A DNA stretch of 55,415 nucleotides, the filler included, from Streblomastix strix (lineage: Eukaryota): assembly GCA_008636045.1 (NCBI GenBank). It is 3 parts of 3 records of this genome, joined end to end, with 100 filler letters (N's around TTAATTAATTAA, not from the genome) between each part and the next. Parts side by side here need not be neighbours in the genome. Positions count along the whole stretch, not along the records: positions 1 to 18,431 come from SNRW01000607.1; 2 more parts are not named here. One strand, given 5' to 3'. Under the pieces are notes generated by a model. That model was not told the DNA's origin. It worked only from the letters and a program-made list of their open reading frames with translations, and ran no database searches. Positions 1-15,522 of the stretch are shown in pieces. The translations under genes and the position numbers were made by a program. The stretch's first letter is position 1. Each line of letters begins with the position of its first letter.

Positions 1-1082
1 GCATTAAATAGATAAGATCTGTCAGAAATCCACTTTGAACTATTGCATTCAACATATCCATTGGTATGAATCGTAATTATTAAAAACGGTTTGAATGATT
101 TGTGTGCAATGAATTTTATTGTAATTTTCCATCTTTTTATGAACTCAATAATTTGTTATATAATTGGTTTTTATTTAATTACTAGCTCCGTATTAATTCT
201 GTTTCATGATCAATGCTCATTAAAGATAATTATATTATATGTTCGAGTGATTTTGCAGATTAATCTGACAATAATTAATTATTTGACTAGTGAAAGAATA
301 GGGATTGAATAAGATATAAAAACAATAATTACTAAACCTCGATCATTGTCATCAAAGGCGAAATGATATTCCTAAGCGAAGATAAATTTCTTTAATCTAG
401 AGATAGTGTGCTAATAATATTCAATAATCCTGAACTCAAAGCCTTAAAATTATATGAATAAAAATAAATTAAGAAAATTTGAGTATTTGAACAACACACA
501 ATAAGTTTTTCATCAGAAGATTATATTGAAAGTTCACTTACTAACTATATTAACAGTGAGTCTAGTATAGAATCATTGCAATCAGGCGCTGGAATAAAGA
601 AATAAGAGGATGAAGAATGATATGTAATGCAAACCATCAATAATAACATCTAATATCTTTCGTAATGTGACTATCTTTCCAGCTTCGTCTCCATGTCTGA
701 TAATCGGAGTTAATTAAAAAATATCCATCTAGAAAAACACATTTAAAAATTAAAAACCGAAATTCGTGCAAAACTTGAAGATAAAAGTTATTATAAACTG
801 CAAAAATAACGTTTTTAATCAATTAATTAACATGAAAAATTAAATTAAATTTTGATTTTTGTGACGTTTATGAATGATGAGAAAAACTGAGCTTATTAAT
901 TCTGATGACCAATCCTTTAGTACATGATCAAATAAAATTTTGAAACATAAAAAATTCTTTGTTTGATACAAGATAAATTAGTATTGTTTTAACTTATATT
1001 ATCATATTTGTTTTCTCTCAATCTTTCTTTTCCACTTTTTATTTATTTAATCATATTCTACTCTACAATAATTAATAAGCCT

Positions 1083-3562
1083 TCAAATTTTTTGTCCAAT
1101 ATTGAAATCAGCATCGTTTTAAAAGCTTCCATATTGCTTATTCCATTATTTGAGGGTCTATTATTTTCATATAATAACATTAAATTATAAAGCAATTAAA
1201 TCAATTCAAACTTCTAGATCTTTTTAATCAACACTTGCTCTAACTTCTCTAAATGCAGTTTCAAAGTCCATTGCATTGATTGGACGAACCTTATTAATAA
1301 TAATTTCAAATTTAAGCAAAATAAATATTAATAAAAAATTGTTCGTTCTTTTTCGTTTAATGCTTTTATCTTTTTTCTGATTGGATCAAAAATCATACTG
1401 AATCAACTGATACTTTGCTTATATCTAGTGAAATTGAAGCAATTTCACGTAATGGTCCTCTAAAATAAAATGAGTATATCATCAAATTGATATATATACG
1501 AAAAATAGGATATTATATATTTTCTTTTCTTATAATTTCAAATTTTCTTTTATTTATACCTCGCAGCATTTGCACATAATGCGAATATATCACTGCCACT
1601 GTAACCAGCAGACTTTGATACGACAAACTATATATTCAAATATAATCATTTTATTCAAATTTTCAATTTAATTATATTACAATCTATTTTGCATACATCA
1701 ATATCGATATCACTTAATTAATGAGTGTTCTTCAATAATAATCTTTTAATAAGTTGTTTTCTAGCTTCTTAGTCTGGAAGTGGAATATACAAACGTGTAA
1801 CCATCCTTCTTCGAGCAGCTTCATCAAGTTCCTTATAATAAATAATGGTTTATATTTTATTATTTTTAATTAAATATATAAATTTTAATAACATTCAAAC
1901 TTGAGGTCTATTTGTAGCTCCAATAATGAGTACTTTCTCAAATTTTGCAGTTCCTACACCATCTAATTGCACAAGAAATTCTAAAATATAAACAAATATA
2001 ATAAATTGAAGTTTTCTCTCACCAATTAAATATATTTCTTTATTATTCTTAACATTATTATTCACTATAATAAATAAATAAATAAATTATACAAACCAGT
2101 TTTCACTCTTCGTGTGGCTTCAGCATCTCCTTCTTATCTTGAAGTTAATAATGAATCTATTTCATCGATGAATATAATTGGATTTTAATGGCATCCTGCA
2201 ACTGCAAATAAAGTTTTCACAAGTTTTTCTCCTTCACCAACCTATTAAATGATTAATAATAATAATTAATAATAATAATCATTTCTTATTATTATAGAAT
2301 ATAAATATTAATTTGAATGTTCTATGTATGTATATACCCATTTACTCATAAGTGATGATGCAGATATTGAAAAGAATGTAGAATTAGTTATGGATGCAAT
2401 TGCCTTTCCAATCATTGTCTTTCCTGTACCCTGCAATATCAATATATAAAATGAATATAAAATTAAAATCATATTCAAACTGGAGGACCAAAAAGCAACA
2501 CTCCCCGAGCAGTTTATCTCAAACCAGTGAATATATCTGGTCTAAGCATTGGCCATATAACCTAAATAAATAACAATATTCATACATTAAAAAAAATATA
2601 TAATAAATTTGTGTTATTGTGGGAAATATTTAATATAAATCACCTCTTCCATAATTTTTTTCTTAGCAAATTCAAGACCTAAAATAAAAATAAATAAATA
2701 AGCTCTATTTAAGAATCAATTTTCTTTCAATTTAATATTATCTTCTTTAATAATATCTTTAATAATTAAATTGTATATTGAATATAATTATTCTATTTAT
2801 ACCAGCAATATCATCCCAAGTGATTGAAGGAGATCTGTCCATAATTTCATGAGAAATAGTTTCAATCAATTTGGGATCCAATCCTTTTAATCTTTCATCA
2901 TTAGGATCCAATCCTCCCAATTACTCTGATGAATAAGATGATAAATCATTACTTTTATTGTTACTATTATTCTATCCTCTATTCTAAAGTGAATATCCAG
3001 AATTTCCTCCACTTTATGTTCTTTATAAACCACTTACTCTTACTCCTCCTTATAGATTACCTCCATAATATTATGGATCTTATTATTATTCTACTCTAAT
3101 TGGAGTTGAGAATCTGCTTTATTTTGACTAATATTAATCTGAATCTAAATAATCTTTATTATTTGTACTATTTATGTTATACTAATTTCCTCTTCCTATT
3201 CCTCTTCCATATCCTCCTCTATTTCCATATCCAATTCCTGTTCCTTATTATCCAGATTTCTTCTATTCAATGATTAGTTGTTATTTTGCAGATACAAATT
3301 CATTCTTTATTACTTACTATTATTGTATTTGTTATTATTATTATTAAGGTTGCTGAAATTAAGGGTATTATTGAGGGATTTATTAAGGTTAATATGATTA
3401 CTGTAAATTTTACTAAGGAATTGTCTAAATTGAGGATTTAAATGGAATAATTGGTGGATTATTAATAGACTATTCTTGGTTCTAAGGTACAATGTGTGTA
3501 ATAGATTATTATTATTATTGTTGTTGTTGTTATTATTATTATTATTATTATTATTGTTGTTG

Positions 3563-3623
<61 letters not shown>

Positions 3624-4570
3624 GATTATTATTATTATTGTTATTATTATTATTATTATTATTGTTGTTGTTGTTGTTGTTGTTGTTATTATTATAAAGA
3701 TAATTATGCGGTCTATGGAGGATGAATTTAGATTTGTTACTATATTTACTACTATTGTTATATATTCGTTTATTAAATATTGTTATTTTATTCATTTGTT
3801 TAATTTAATGTAATTGGAGGTTTAGGAGAATCAAATCTTGATCTTTTAATTAACGGATCTTATTATATTTATTAATCATCTGGAATACTCTCTAATTCAC
3901 TTCTTTTTCTTTTTATGGGTTTTGGAGCTTATTTATTTTGATTCTGTGTTTGAATATTTTATTCTTAATTCTTTTCCATTTCTCTTCTTTAATCATTATT
4001 TCTCTCTTTAATATCATTATCATTCCATTAATTAGTACCTTTTGAATCTGTCTTTGTTTCGGAGTTTATTATATCAATATTGGTGATATTGTGATCAGAA
4101 GATAATAAAGAAATAGTTAATTTTTCAAAAGCTTGTTCTGATAGTTATGTTAGAGTTGTGGATGCAATTTGAGATGTTGGTGGGACTTTTAAAATGTTCT
4201 TTGCAACAGTTCCTGGACAATATACAAATTCTTTCTTTGGGGTATGAGCTGTTATTTTACTAGGATTTCTTGAATCTTCATCTACGCTATCAAGAATGTC
4301 CATCTCGCGCTAAATATGCGCTTTTAAACTTTTAGCATCCTACTCAGAATCAGAATTAGAAAAATCTGAATTTGATCCTTCAAAGAAATTGCCTAGATGT
4401 TCAAAAAGCATATTCTAGAGTATATCAACATCTTAATTATCTCCATTCAATCCAAGTGAAACCGAATTAAACAATGTTGTTGCAGCAACCGAGCTGAGAA
4501 AACTGTTCCCACTTTCATCTTAAACAGATTCTGGCGAATCGAGGAAGTTTGAGCTTAGAAATTGATACAT
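1083..4570 (-). CDS. FIGNL1: Fidgetin-like protein 1 (AAA ATPase), multi-exon
   Basis: Code-6 translation gives [13 protein letters not shown], Walker [14 protein letters not shown], Walker [30 protein letters not shown] and C-terminal WNKQYGSF. An FxxA motif (FVSAKQQL, ~3276-3298) matches the FIGNL1 RAD51-binding FKTAKEQL. ATG at 4570, TGA at 1083-1085, GT-AG introns. Confidence 0.93.
3505..3695 (-). repeat. (TAA/CAA)n trinucleotide tract encoding poly-Gln inside FIGNL1
   Basis: Mixed TAA and CAA triplets in the FIGNL1 reading frame. The poly-N and poly-L ORFs in the track are the wrong frames. Confidence 0.9.
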
Positions 4571-4719
4571 TTGATATAAAGTTGTACGTATTATTGATAT
4601 GCTTTAAAAAAATAATAAATATGAGAAAAGAAAAATTTGTTGGAGCATAATTTGAAGAATTTTTTTAATTAAAAAAACTGCTGGATTTTTCAAGATATAT
4701 GTAATAATATAGCAAATGT

Positions 4720-7067
4720 TCAATCATTTTCCACATTTTTATTATTTAAAGATTCAATTTCAACCTTAAGCGGGGTTTATAAGTTGGCCCTCAATGGCGT
4801 CTGGACTGCACCCTATATTTACTACTAATTTAGAGGTCGAACAAGATTGCCTTTTGAAGTTCCTGCCTCTCTTTGATTTCTTATTAGTGTTTCTTTTCGC
4901 TTTATCTCTTGGTCATTCAGCCACCTCCTGCTTTTCTCAAAATATGCCATAGGTGAGGTAAGCGGGCTCTGTTCAAATGGATTAAACCCTTTATGACGAA
5001 TTCTGAAAAATTCTGCACATGCTCGCTAATCATTTAATTTGAATTAGATTGAAATAAATAAAAATAAAGGTTAAAGGAATAAGAAACTATTTTAATCACA
5101 CATGAAAATGCTTTGCACCTGTATTATTATAAATGTATTCTATAATAATTCCTGCTGAGTCAATTCCATCCAATTTCTCTCCATTTTAAACCCCAACAAC
5201 ATCTTCAATATCTCCAGAACTTTAAATATGAATTTAGAGAATAAATGAAATATTAAGAGTTAATAGATCAATCTGATTTGTATATAAGTACTAATTATGT
5301 TTATATTAATAACCTTTATTTGTCCTGATCTTCTCTTCCAATTACAGCTAATCCACAATTGTCAAGAAGAAAAGGTTTGAGTTCATCTTATGTTAGTCGT
5401 GCAAATGGACAACCATTGACTTCAAGGGTATTTCCAGGATGACGAATAAGGAATTAACAACTAATTAAAATAAGAGAGGATATAAATAATTAGTTTCATC
5501 ATAATACTGGCAAGGGAATTGTATTTAGTGTTCACTAAAAGAAATTATAATTAAATATTCATTTTCTTATTTATTTTATTATTCCCCAATTCTAATTATA
5601 TTCACATACTCTTTAGGAGTAAAATTCACTCTTTTTCCCTCTAATCCATAATTATATCTTATTCCATATGCATATTCACGATCAAACTTATTCTCTGGAA
5701 TACTGTGTGTATATTCTGATCTGAATAATGATATTGATTCATCAAGTGACATTCCACATCCCTTATATGATAATATTAATGAAGATGAATGTGCAAATGA
5801 ATGAATTAAAGCAGATGTTGGATTCATTCTAATTAATAAATATTCAATTAATAATATATATACTTTAATGAATAGACCATATTATACTCTTGCATCATAT
5901 TTCAGATGATGGTCCTTTCTAAGATGATTGTGCATATTAAGCATACAAGGTGGGAATGATCTCTATGCAAACTAATAACAATAATTAGTTAATAAAATGA
6001 ATATTAATACAAACAGCATCAATATTCTCTCCAGTTAATGTTTATAGAGCAGATCCATCAATATCAGATCCTCCTAAGTTTGAAACGGGTCTTCTTACCA
6101 TTGCTTCCAAATACGTGACCTCATAAAAATAAATTAATTTATATAATTATAATATTAATAAGTTCATTATTTCACACTAAATGACTGTGAGTTGTACTTA
6201 GTGTTTCAAGTAATTTCTTTGACTTTGCAATTTCCATTTCCTGATACTGAATTTATTTTATATTATAATTGAAGAAAATTTAATAAATCAATAAAATTAC
6301 TTATAATTAAAATAATAATAAAACCTTAGTAAAAAATGGCTCTAAAACATAAATGAGATGTTTATAATGTAAGAATGCAATTCCTCCATTGAGATAAACC
6401 ATTCTTCTTTCAACTAGGAATGGGCAAACAGAAAAATTTACTAAATAGTAATTCTCCTTTGAAATGTTAGAAAGTTCAGTTTTATCTGAAAATGTTGGAT
6501 CACTGAGACCCTATTTTTTGAGACGTGGGATGAATTCTTTGAAATCATCATCACTCTCGAACTATTGGAATGCAATACTGTATTTCTGGAAGAATAATCT
6601 CTTCTATTCATCATTACTTGCTTAGTAGCGGAGTGTAAAGAGAATCAATTCTGTTGATACAAATTTTCGAGCTGCTTCAGGACTAATTAATTATAGAAAT
6701 AGTTAAATTAAATTAAATAATTATATACTTCGCAGCACAGGCTAATCGAAGAATCCAATGTGAGTTAATATCACTCTTCCTTGTTCGTAGGCATTCAAAT
6801 TCTGGTGCTACTTAGATTCGCGCATATTCATCCATATAATCAGAGCGTGTTGCATTTCTAATTTCTGAAAATCTTTTATGTACTATTTAAAAGATATTAT
6901 TAAGATATTCTTATAAACATAAACAACAAACGTTCATTACGTGCTGCCCCAAGCTCATAAAATTGTTAAAGAGTCAAAATATCTTCAGGTTCATCATCGT
7001 AACATGTTAGTTCAGGGCCCTGTGAACTAGAAATATCTGTAGATCGCAAATTCCCAATAGCTTCCAT
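4720..7067 (-). CDS. PRIM2: DNA primase large subunit, multi-exon
   Basis: SHWILRLAC, SFPPCMLNMH, HHLKYDARVQYGLFIK/GCGMSLDE, YAYGIRYNYGLEGKRVNFTP, NGCPF and RACAEFF (Fe-S cysteine motifs). ATG at 7067, TGA at 4720-4722. Confidence 0.95.
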
Positions 7068-7572
7068 CTTTTCTTATATAAAATATCATTATAATAAAAT
7101 TGTATAAGCAGAAAAATAAAGAAAAAATTTATATTGAATATACAGATAATTACAATAAATAAATTGTACTAAAGTGATTTATTTTATGTGTATATTTAAT
7201 ATTTTTGGTTATTATGTAAGTAAAACATATGGACAAGGCAGAAAAATTGATTTATTAAATTTATTTTTTACTTTCCCTGTGGCAAGGAATTTTTCAAATA
7301 AACATAAAATAATTTAATTTAATATTTTGATTGTTCACACATTACTAGTTTGTGATGGTGTAGAGACGAAAAACCGAAATAACGAGATTTCACTTCTAAT
7401 ATTTATTCATACTATATAATTTATATAAGCCACGTAATATAAATGTTACATAGCTAATTATTAAATTTTTACAAGATATGATTAACTGGATAAAAACTTA
7501 AATTCATCAGTCTGATAGATAATAGTTTATAGTTATTTGAGTGAATAAAACATTTTATTTTATTATGAAATG

Positions 7573-10510
7573 TCATTTTCTACCACGAGGAGGCACAGGA
7601 GGCTTGTTTCGTGTAGGTTATAATACAGAAGATGACGGAGATGACATGACAAATTGAGAAGGAGAAGATGGACTGATCCTTTCCTCAATGTTTCTAGAGT
7701 TCTGCTGTTATAAATATTGTTACTATCTACCATAATATAGTTATTGTGGAGGTTATTTGTCTAAAAGTTTTCTCTACTTCATAATTTCATTACTCTTCTC
7801 TCCTTCATCAATATTATTTCCATTCATCTCCTTCCATCCTCTGACAAATATATCAAATCCAAGATTGAAGAAACAAGATTACATCTCCTTCATCTCTTAT
7901 GCTGCATCTCTCACACTCTCTTTGGCCCTAAGAACTAATTTGTCTTTATCTGCTAATTGTTATTCTATTAATTGCTTACTCAATCCAGTTCCAAAAAGAC
8001 CAGATTTTAAAGCAGATCCAGAAGTACTGTGATTATTAACTGCTGATTTATCCTCATATATACTTTCTTCATCATTAAATAGAGCAGAACCCCCATCAAT
8101 ATTACTTCTCCTATTTGAATTCCCAGGTCTCATTTTCTCCTTCATTTATATCTTCGCTCTTTCCAATTCAAGTTCCCTTCTCATTCCTTCTCTTAATTCA
8201 CGAATATACTATTCCTTCTCCTCTTCAACACGACGCACAGTTTCAGAAGCTTCACGAATTGCTTTTTCTTTCTCTCTTTCTGAACTACTCAATCTCCATT
8301 CACATTCTTCCTTTACTCGAATCATTTCTCTTTCTTTCTTCTTCTCTGCTTCTTCAAGGAGTTATTGGAGACCAGATATTGTTTATTCATTGTGTGAAAA
8401 GAGAGAGGAAACATTAATGTCTTATTTAGAAGGTGATGAACCATTCCTGTTCAATAAGATACCATCAACTTACTTTCTAATAACATCCAACTCGTCTTGA
8501 AGTATCCTAGTTTCATCTTTAGCTTATTGAGTTCTTTCTTTCTCTCTTTCAACATCCTTCCTTATAGCTTCATTCTCAGCAGCCAATTCAGATACAATGC
8601 TCTCCAATCTAAGACGAGCAGTCTTCACTTATGATAATTCCTCTCTTGCACTCTCACTTTATGCTTCTGATACTCTGGCTCTTATACGCTCAGCTTCTGC
8701 ATGCTCTTCTGCTTATGATTGTGCTTATAATGCTTGTCTCTTCTCTTTACGAAGCTCTTCTACTTGTTGTGCTGCTGCTACTACAGCTGATAATGGATCT
8801 TATTGAATTCTGGATCCTGCTCCAGAGTCGAGAATTAATTCTAATCTTTCTTTTTCACTTTTAGTTTCTGCTAATTCTTATTCAATTGAGAGGAAATAAT
8901 GCATCTTGTCTCGAAGTGAATCAACTTCAGATCGTAAACAAATAACTTCAGCTTCAGAAGCTCTGAATTTCTCATCAGCATCTGCAGCTATCTTACTTAA
9001 AGCATCACATCTCTCTCTTGCACGATGTAATGCCCTATTAACTCCAATTTATTCATCATTAATATCTTCTTCTTCTTCTTATACATTATTTTGATTGATA
9101 ATAATTTATTGTTCAGATTAATTAGAAATTTCTGTTTCCATTCTGCTTCTCTTTTTCTTTCTTCCTCCCAACTATGAATCATCTTCATCTTCATCATCTT
9201 CATCTTCCAATTAATAATTTGGTTTATTACCAACTTACACTTTTTAAATCTTCTTCTCTGCTTATATTCTTTTATTCTTATTCTCTTCAGCCACAAGAGT
9301 TAATTCAAATACTCTCTTCTATAACTGATCTTACTCATTCTATAAAGACTCTACATTTACTCTAAGTTCAGTAATCTATCTATCTCTTATTGTCACAACT
9401 GATTCAAGAGATTCTTTCTCACTTCTAAGAACTAGTAACTCACTGTATAATTCTTTTGTATGTTGTCTCAGCACTTCAACTTCAGTAGAATTTGGATTAA
9501 TGGATGTTGTTATTGAATGATTGATAAATGATGTCTATGGAATTATTGAGGGTGAAGTGATTTATTCAGATTGTCGTAATGAATTCTTTTATTTCTCTTA
9601 TTCTGGACTAATAAGGACTTTGCTTTAACGTTAATTTTCTAACTCGCCAAAACCCTAATGTTGAATGTTTGGTGAAGATTAAATTTATTATTATTCTTCA
9701 TTTGAATCTTTCTACATCAATGACTCTTAGATACTATTGTTAATGCTAGTTTGTTAAGGAGATTAATTTATTGGAGATTATTTCTAATAAGAAATGGACA
9801 TTTACAGAGTAGATACAGCTTATCTTACTGGAGATATAGATTCTTCTGTTTCAACATCAATTGAGTCTCCTTATTCTCCTTATTGAACTTACTCTTCAAT
9901 TACTTGTGACATCTCTTGTAGACTCTTCATAAGAACTATTTATATTGATTCTTCCTTTGCTATAATTCGTGGTATAACTAACGATCTTAATGTTGGATGG
10001 TAACATGCAGCAAAGAGAAGTAGTTTACATGCAAATAAACTGCTAACTTCAGTTAATTTTTCGGTCTACAATAAAATTAAATTAAATTAAAAAAAGAAAA
10101 AAAGAAAGAAAAATGGAAATAATTATACTTTTGAATTTTCATTTCCAAAATATTCTGAAATTAATTCGATTGGAGCTTCTACACCAATTTTTTCATCAAA
10201 AACATTTATAAAAGCTCGGCTTATATCTCATGCATAAATTTCTCTTTTAATTCCAACATCCTTTTTGGGAATGCCAATTCCATAACCTTATATCCTACAA
10301 TTTTATTAAATATTCAATTCGAATTAAATAAAAAAATGATGTTGTCAAAAAAAATTCATACAAAATAGCAAGTGCATCAGCAATAAGTTCACCATTCATT
10401 AGATTTAACTTATCTGCCTATTCATTTTCAACTTATTTTGTGCTCCCAGTTATATCATACAAAAAAGCGAGAAAAGCAGTACTTTCGGGTATTTCACTGT
10501 CCTCTGACAT
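7573..10510 (-). CDS. Hook-family dynein adaptor / coiled-coil protein
   Basis: N-terminal Hook-domain-like segments (LMNGELIADAL; KLLLFAAC...IIAKEESIQIVLMKSLQEM, cf. Hook IMTLEESVQHVVMTAIQEL), a long coiled coil, and C-terminal EMKEMQSCFFNLG resembling the Hook EEKLIxSAWYNLG motif. Two 5' introns. Confidence 0.65.
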
Positions 10511-11514
10511 AGTAATCTAATAAACTAAAAATATAAACGCATTCAATGAAATGATTTATTTCAAAATAAGCATAATGATAAGAAAATTATAAAGAGTATT
10601 GTGAGAGATTTGCATGTTTTTAAATTATTAACAACTTTCGCATTTTCATGAGGTAATATAGATTATTTATGCTGATGCTGAAAAATTCACATCTAAATAT
10701 TTGCATATTTTGAAACAATTTAAATAATAACTCAAATAAAAATTAAAAAGCCAAGTAATTAATGTGAATTCATTATAATTAAATCAATCTTTCTTTCTCA
10801 TTAACAATGTAAGAAATAAACCTTGATATGACATTAAATTTGAATATTGGATGGATTTATTTACAAATGATGTAGAATATTAATTATACAGTTTCAAATA
10901 CGGTAATAAAAGCAAGATCAAAATAATGATTGAAATTTTGATCCACAAATTATTATTCAATATTATTAATGAGATTTGAGTAAATAATATATATTAAATC
11001 GGAAAATTTGGATTATCAAAATGAAAATAGACTGCGGCAGGTGAATAGGTAATTGAAAGTCCAAAGTTTGTAACGCGATTTACTTGTTTCCTACACTTCT
11101 AGTATGTATAAAAGCATAGTTCTGAATATTATAAAATATCTCTGTATCATTTTGATATAATTCAAAAAAATTTATTCTCTACAAATTGCGAATCAAGTTT
11201 TTAAGATTTCCTGTCTTACCTTTTGTTTTAATAATAACTTTAAACACATTACTCAACAGACACATATATTCTCAACTGAAAAATATAATTTGAGAATAAT
11301 ATATTAATCTCATATTCAGAAATCGATATTTTATTTATTATTTCTATAATCTTTCATAACTTTTCATCCAATATACACTGAAATTTGAAATTAAACTTTT
11401 CAATCAAAATAATATTCTAATCAAATAATATTTTAATAAAATTACAATTCAACATGAATTCAAAGAATATATTGCTTCAGAAATATTTTTTCTTTTTTTT
11501 AGTTTTTCAGTTGA

Positions 11515-14500
11515 ATGTCACAAATTCTAGACCAATCTTCACTTCTCAGAGACCATTCTATAAGTGGAGACGGTCCATTTAACATATATTCTGATTAATC
11601 TTCTGCCTAATTCGGAAGTGAACTAAGTCGATTAAGAAGAGAAAAATAAATGTGCCAGCAAGAACTAGAACGAGCAGAAGACCAACTATTATCGTTAAGA
11701 AAGAAAGTAGTAGATTTAGAATAGAAAAATAAATTAAACTAACATACGATAGAAGCTATGGATGAACAACGTAAAATTCGAGATGAAATGTTTGAATAAT
11801 AAACAAAAAAGTTACTTGATGATGAACATCATCGATTGATTCTTGAACTAGAAGAAGCACGTTCAACCAAATCTAATGAGATTGTTGAGATGAGAAAGAC
11901 GATTGATGAACTAAAAAACACTCTTTCAAACGAGATATCTGCTCATAAAACAACAAAATAATCTCTCCAAGATTTAACCTATCGTTCAGAACAGCTTGAA
12001 AGATCTGTTCGTCTGACACAAGCTGATCGTGTTTCTGTCGAAGATCAATTGAGAAGGAGTAAGAAAGAAGCTTAAGAAGCACAATAAGCACTTAATAAAC
12101 TAACAGAATAAGTATCAAGATTAGAAAGTGAGAATAGAATTTTGAAGTAAGTACAAAATGAAGGAGATTAAATAATAGATTAAAAAGATGGATCAAAGAA
12201 TTTATGGTTAGAAAGAATACGTAAATTGGAATATGAAATTGAATAAGCTAGAAAAGAAGGAAGAGAAGCAATAGAATAATCAAAGCTCCAAAGAATAGAG
12301 AGAGATCATGAAGTATAAAGAGTATAGGAGATTATTAATGAAAGGGATAAACTAAAGATTTAGATTAATATATTACATGGAGAATAATAGAAGTTGGTTA
12401 TATTACAGAGAGAACATGATCTAATAGTTGGAGATTTGAAAAGACGTTCAAATTAGTTATAAGAAGAAGTCTAGAAGCTTCGTAATGAGAAAGTCTATGA
12501 ATAAGAATAATATTCATAACAACTATAGTGAATCTAAGAGAAAGTAGAATAAGAAACAGCAACTAAAGATGCAACAATAGAGAATATGCATAATTAGATT
12601 CTAGAGATGAGGAAGGAATATGATTCCTCATTGATGTAACGAGATAGAGATAGTCAATCAGTCCATGAATCAAGATATCAGGAATTGAATACTGGGTATA
12701 TGAGAGAGAAAGAAGAATTGAGATCATTACTTGAGAAGAAAGAAAATGAATATAAAGATAGAGAAGAAGAAAGAAAAGAAGCTTATGAGAGATTATTATA
12801 AGCAAAGAAGGATGAAATGATGAGAAATGAGGATATTCATCTACAATAAATAACCCAGATCAGAGAAGAATGCAAATTAAGAGAAGAACAACTAAGGACT
12901 GATTTAGATAGATGCAGAAGTGATAGAGAAAATGAAAGGAAGTAATTATTATCTGAAAGACAGAGGGAATTGAGTGAAATGCAACAGAGATTGATTAGAG
13001 AATAAGAATAAATGAGAGATAGAGAAGATAAACATATAAGAGAAGCTGAAGATAAAATGTTCAAAGCAACTGAATAACTGAAGAATGAGATGGCATAGAA
13101 ACTGTAAGAATCAGAATCAAAGTACTAAATATAATAATAGGAGCATTAAACTGAGATAAATAGACTAACAAATGAGTTAATAAGGATAAAAGAAGAAAGT
13201 TCACAAATGAGAGAACAATATCGTAATTTGGAGCATAAAGCACTAATGGAGAAAGAATCAGCATTAGAATAAGAGCGTAAGACATGGATGGATAAAATAT
13301 AGTAAATGACTCTACAGAATACAAAGATGAGAGAAGAGATTGAAAAAGAGCATCAAAAGCGTGAAACAACAAATTCACGCAGAATAACAGCAGATAAGAA
13401 GAAGGCAGTTGATGAATTGAATTAAAAGATAGTTGATTTGGAATAAGATAATGAATAGATGATACTCAAACTAAGGACTTTTGAAGCTGTTCATCAATAA
13501 GAGAAGAAAAGAGTTGCAAATGATGTAGAAAGAAAATATAAAGAAAAATATGATTAAATGGAAAAGAAGTACAATTAAGAAATAGCTGATTACTAAAACT
13601 AGATTTCAACTTTTTAGAAGAAACAAAAGAAACTTGATCGATAGGTTGATGAATACAAAATAAAAGAAGAATAATTAAAGACTGATTTATAGAGGCAGAA
13701 TATTGAATGGGAGAATGTATTAAGATAAAGAGATGAATAATAATAGATTGATGGAGAGAGAATATAAAGGAATCATTTATCTGAGATTGATCTTATGGAA
13801 TAACAATTGAATACTCAGAAAGAGGAGAATAGGATAATATAAGAGACTTTAAGAAGAAGAGAAGAATAGTTGACAGCTGAAATATAAGAGAAAGATGGAA
13901 TAATTGGAGGATTAAAGAGTAATGTATGAAAATGAAGAAATTATAATAATCATTTATCAATTATTATAATNNNNNNNNNNNNNNNNNNNNNNNNNNNNNN
14001 NNNNNNNNNNNNNNNNNNNNNNNNNNNNNNNNNNNNNNNNNNNNNNNNNNNNNNNNNNNNNNNNNNNNNNAGACTTTAAGAAGAAGAGAAGAATAGTTGA
14101 CAGCTGAAATATAAGAGAAAGATGGAATAATTGGAGGATTAAAGAGTAATGTATGAAAATGAAGAAATTATAATAATCATTTATCAATTATTATAATGAT
14201 TATTTATATCTTTCAAATATCATTTATTTATTCAGTTGGATGCTGAAAGGATATCAAATGAATAATATATTTCCTAACTTCATTAATAAACAACACTTGA
14301 ATAGCGCTTAAGAGATGAAGCAATTGAATAAATGAAGACCACAATTGAAGAAACATAACAGGAAAGAGATATTCATATGAAGCAGATATAAATTCTAAGA
14401 TAATAATTGGACCTTTCAAAATCATAAGGATTGATTCCAATAAAATCACCAACTTCAATTCCAAATACTCTTAATTAAAGTGGAATTATTGGATCAAGCA

Positions 14501-15522
14501 TTTAATTCACTCCTTCAAATATAATGAGTGCAACAATCTAATCATAGTAATAAAAGAATATTGATATGTAGATTGTTAAAAGAGGATATGAATAGAGAAT
14601 GAATGATCTAGAAGAAACACTTTAGAAGATATAAGAAATGAAATATAATAATATAAACAGATCTCAAAGTTCTCCTGGTTTGAATATTGGAGGAAGATTT
14701 ATGAATTAGAACTAAAATTAAAGAATGAACTTATTAGATGAAGGAGATTCATCAATGATGGGAACTTAATCTATTCTGAAGAAAAAGAGTAATAATATTA
14801 TTTATTTAAATTAAGATTAAAATAAAGTTAATTAAAGTTCATTTCAGTAAACTCCATATACTAATAAATCTGTAAGATAATTATAGGATTAAGGATAATA
14901 AAATACTTAACCAAGAATAGTTTTTATTCAATCTGATTAAGGAGAAAAGAATATGGATAATAATTCAAACATCAATGGAAGATAAAATGTTTAGAGTGAA
15001 AGAGAAGCATTTGCTATATTTGGACCATTTGATAAAGAATTGAGACCTATTAATGCATCACTTGAGATAAAAAGGGTTTAATAATCTTAATAATCAACTA
15101 AGAGAAGTAGTGCACAGAATATTGGAGAGAATGAAAATATAATATCAATGAATTAAAGATAATAAGAAGGAAAAAGAAGGAAATCTAATAGAATTAAAAG
15201 AGATAAAGATGAAGATGATGATGATAATAATGATGAAAGATAGTATTAATTCAATGATATGAAGATTAATACAACAACTAAAAGAAGCTAAAATAGGAGT
15301 TAGAAAGATTAATATAATATGATTAGTGCAGATTAAGATGAAAGGAGAAGAGAGATCTATTTTAGTAATAGACCTTCATCCACATCTTCAAGACTCCAAT
15401 CAAATGAAAATAACTCATAAGCTAGATCTTAATAAGGAGAAAAGAAAAAAATCATTAAGGAGAAAAAACCTAAATAATATTTATCAATAAAGGAACTACC
15501 AATAATAATTAAAACAAAATGA
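11515..15522 (+). CDS. Large coiled-coil protein of unknown function (spans an N gap lying in an intron)
   Basis: TGA-free E/K/R/Q-rich frame from ATG 11515 (MSQILDQSSLL...). Intron from ~13923 to ~14235. Low-complexity tail ends at TGA 15520-15522. Confidence 0.85.
13844..14197. other. Assembly gap (N 13971-14070) flanked by an exact 127-bp direct duplication
   Basis: 13844-13970 is identical to 14071-14197, as expected for an unmerged k-mer overlap. Confidence 0.9.

Noticed and set aside
300..790. Short protein-like frames at the window start
   Set aside because: No recognisable motif, start or splice structure.
3310..3795. Poly-Asn and poly-Leu ORFs in the track
   Set aside because: Wrong-frame and antisense readings of the FIGNL1 poly-Gln (TAA/CAA) tract.
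5462..5608. Possible intronic snoRNA in a PRIM2 intron (ATGATGA present)
   Set aside because: The C-box-like motif lies near the 3' end with no downstream CTGA D box or terminal stem.
13844..14197. Tandem exon duplication in the coiled-coil gene
   Set aside because: An exact 127-bp overlap on either side of a 100-N gap is an assembly artefact.
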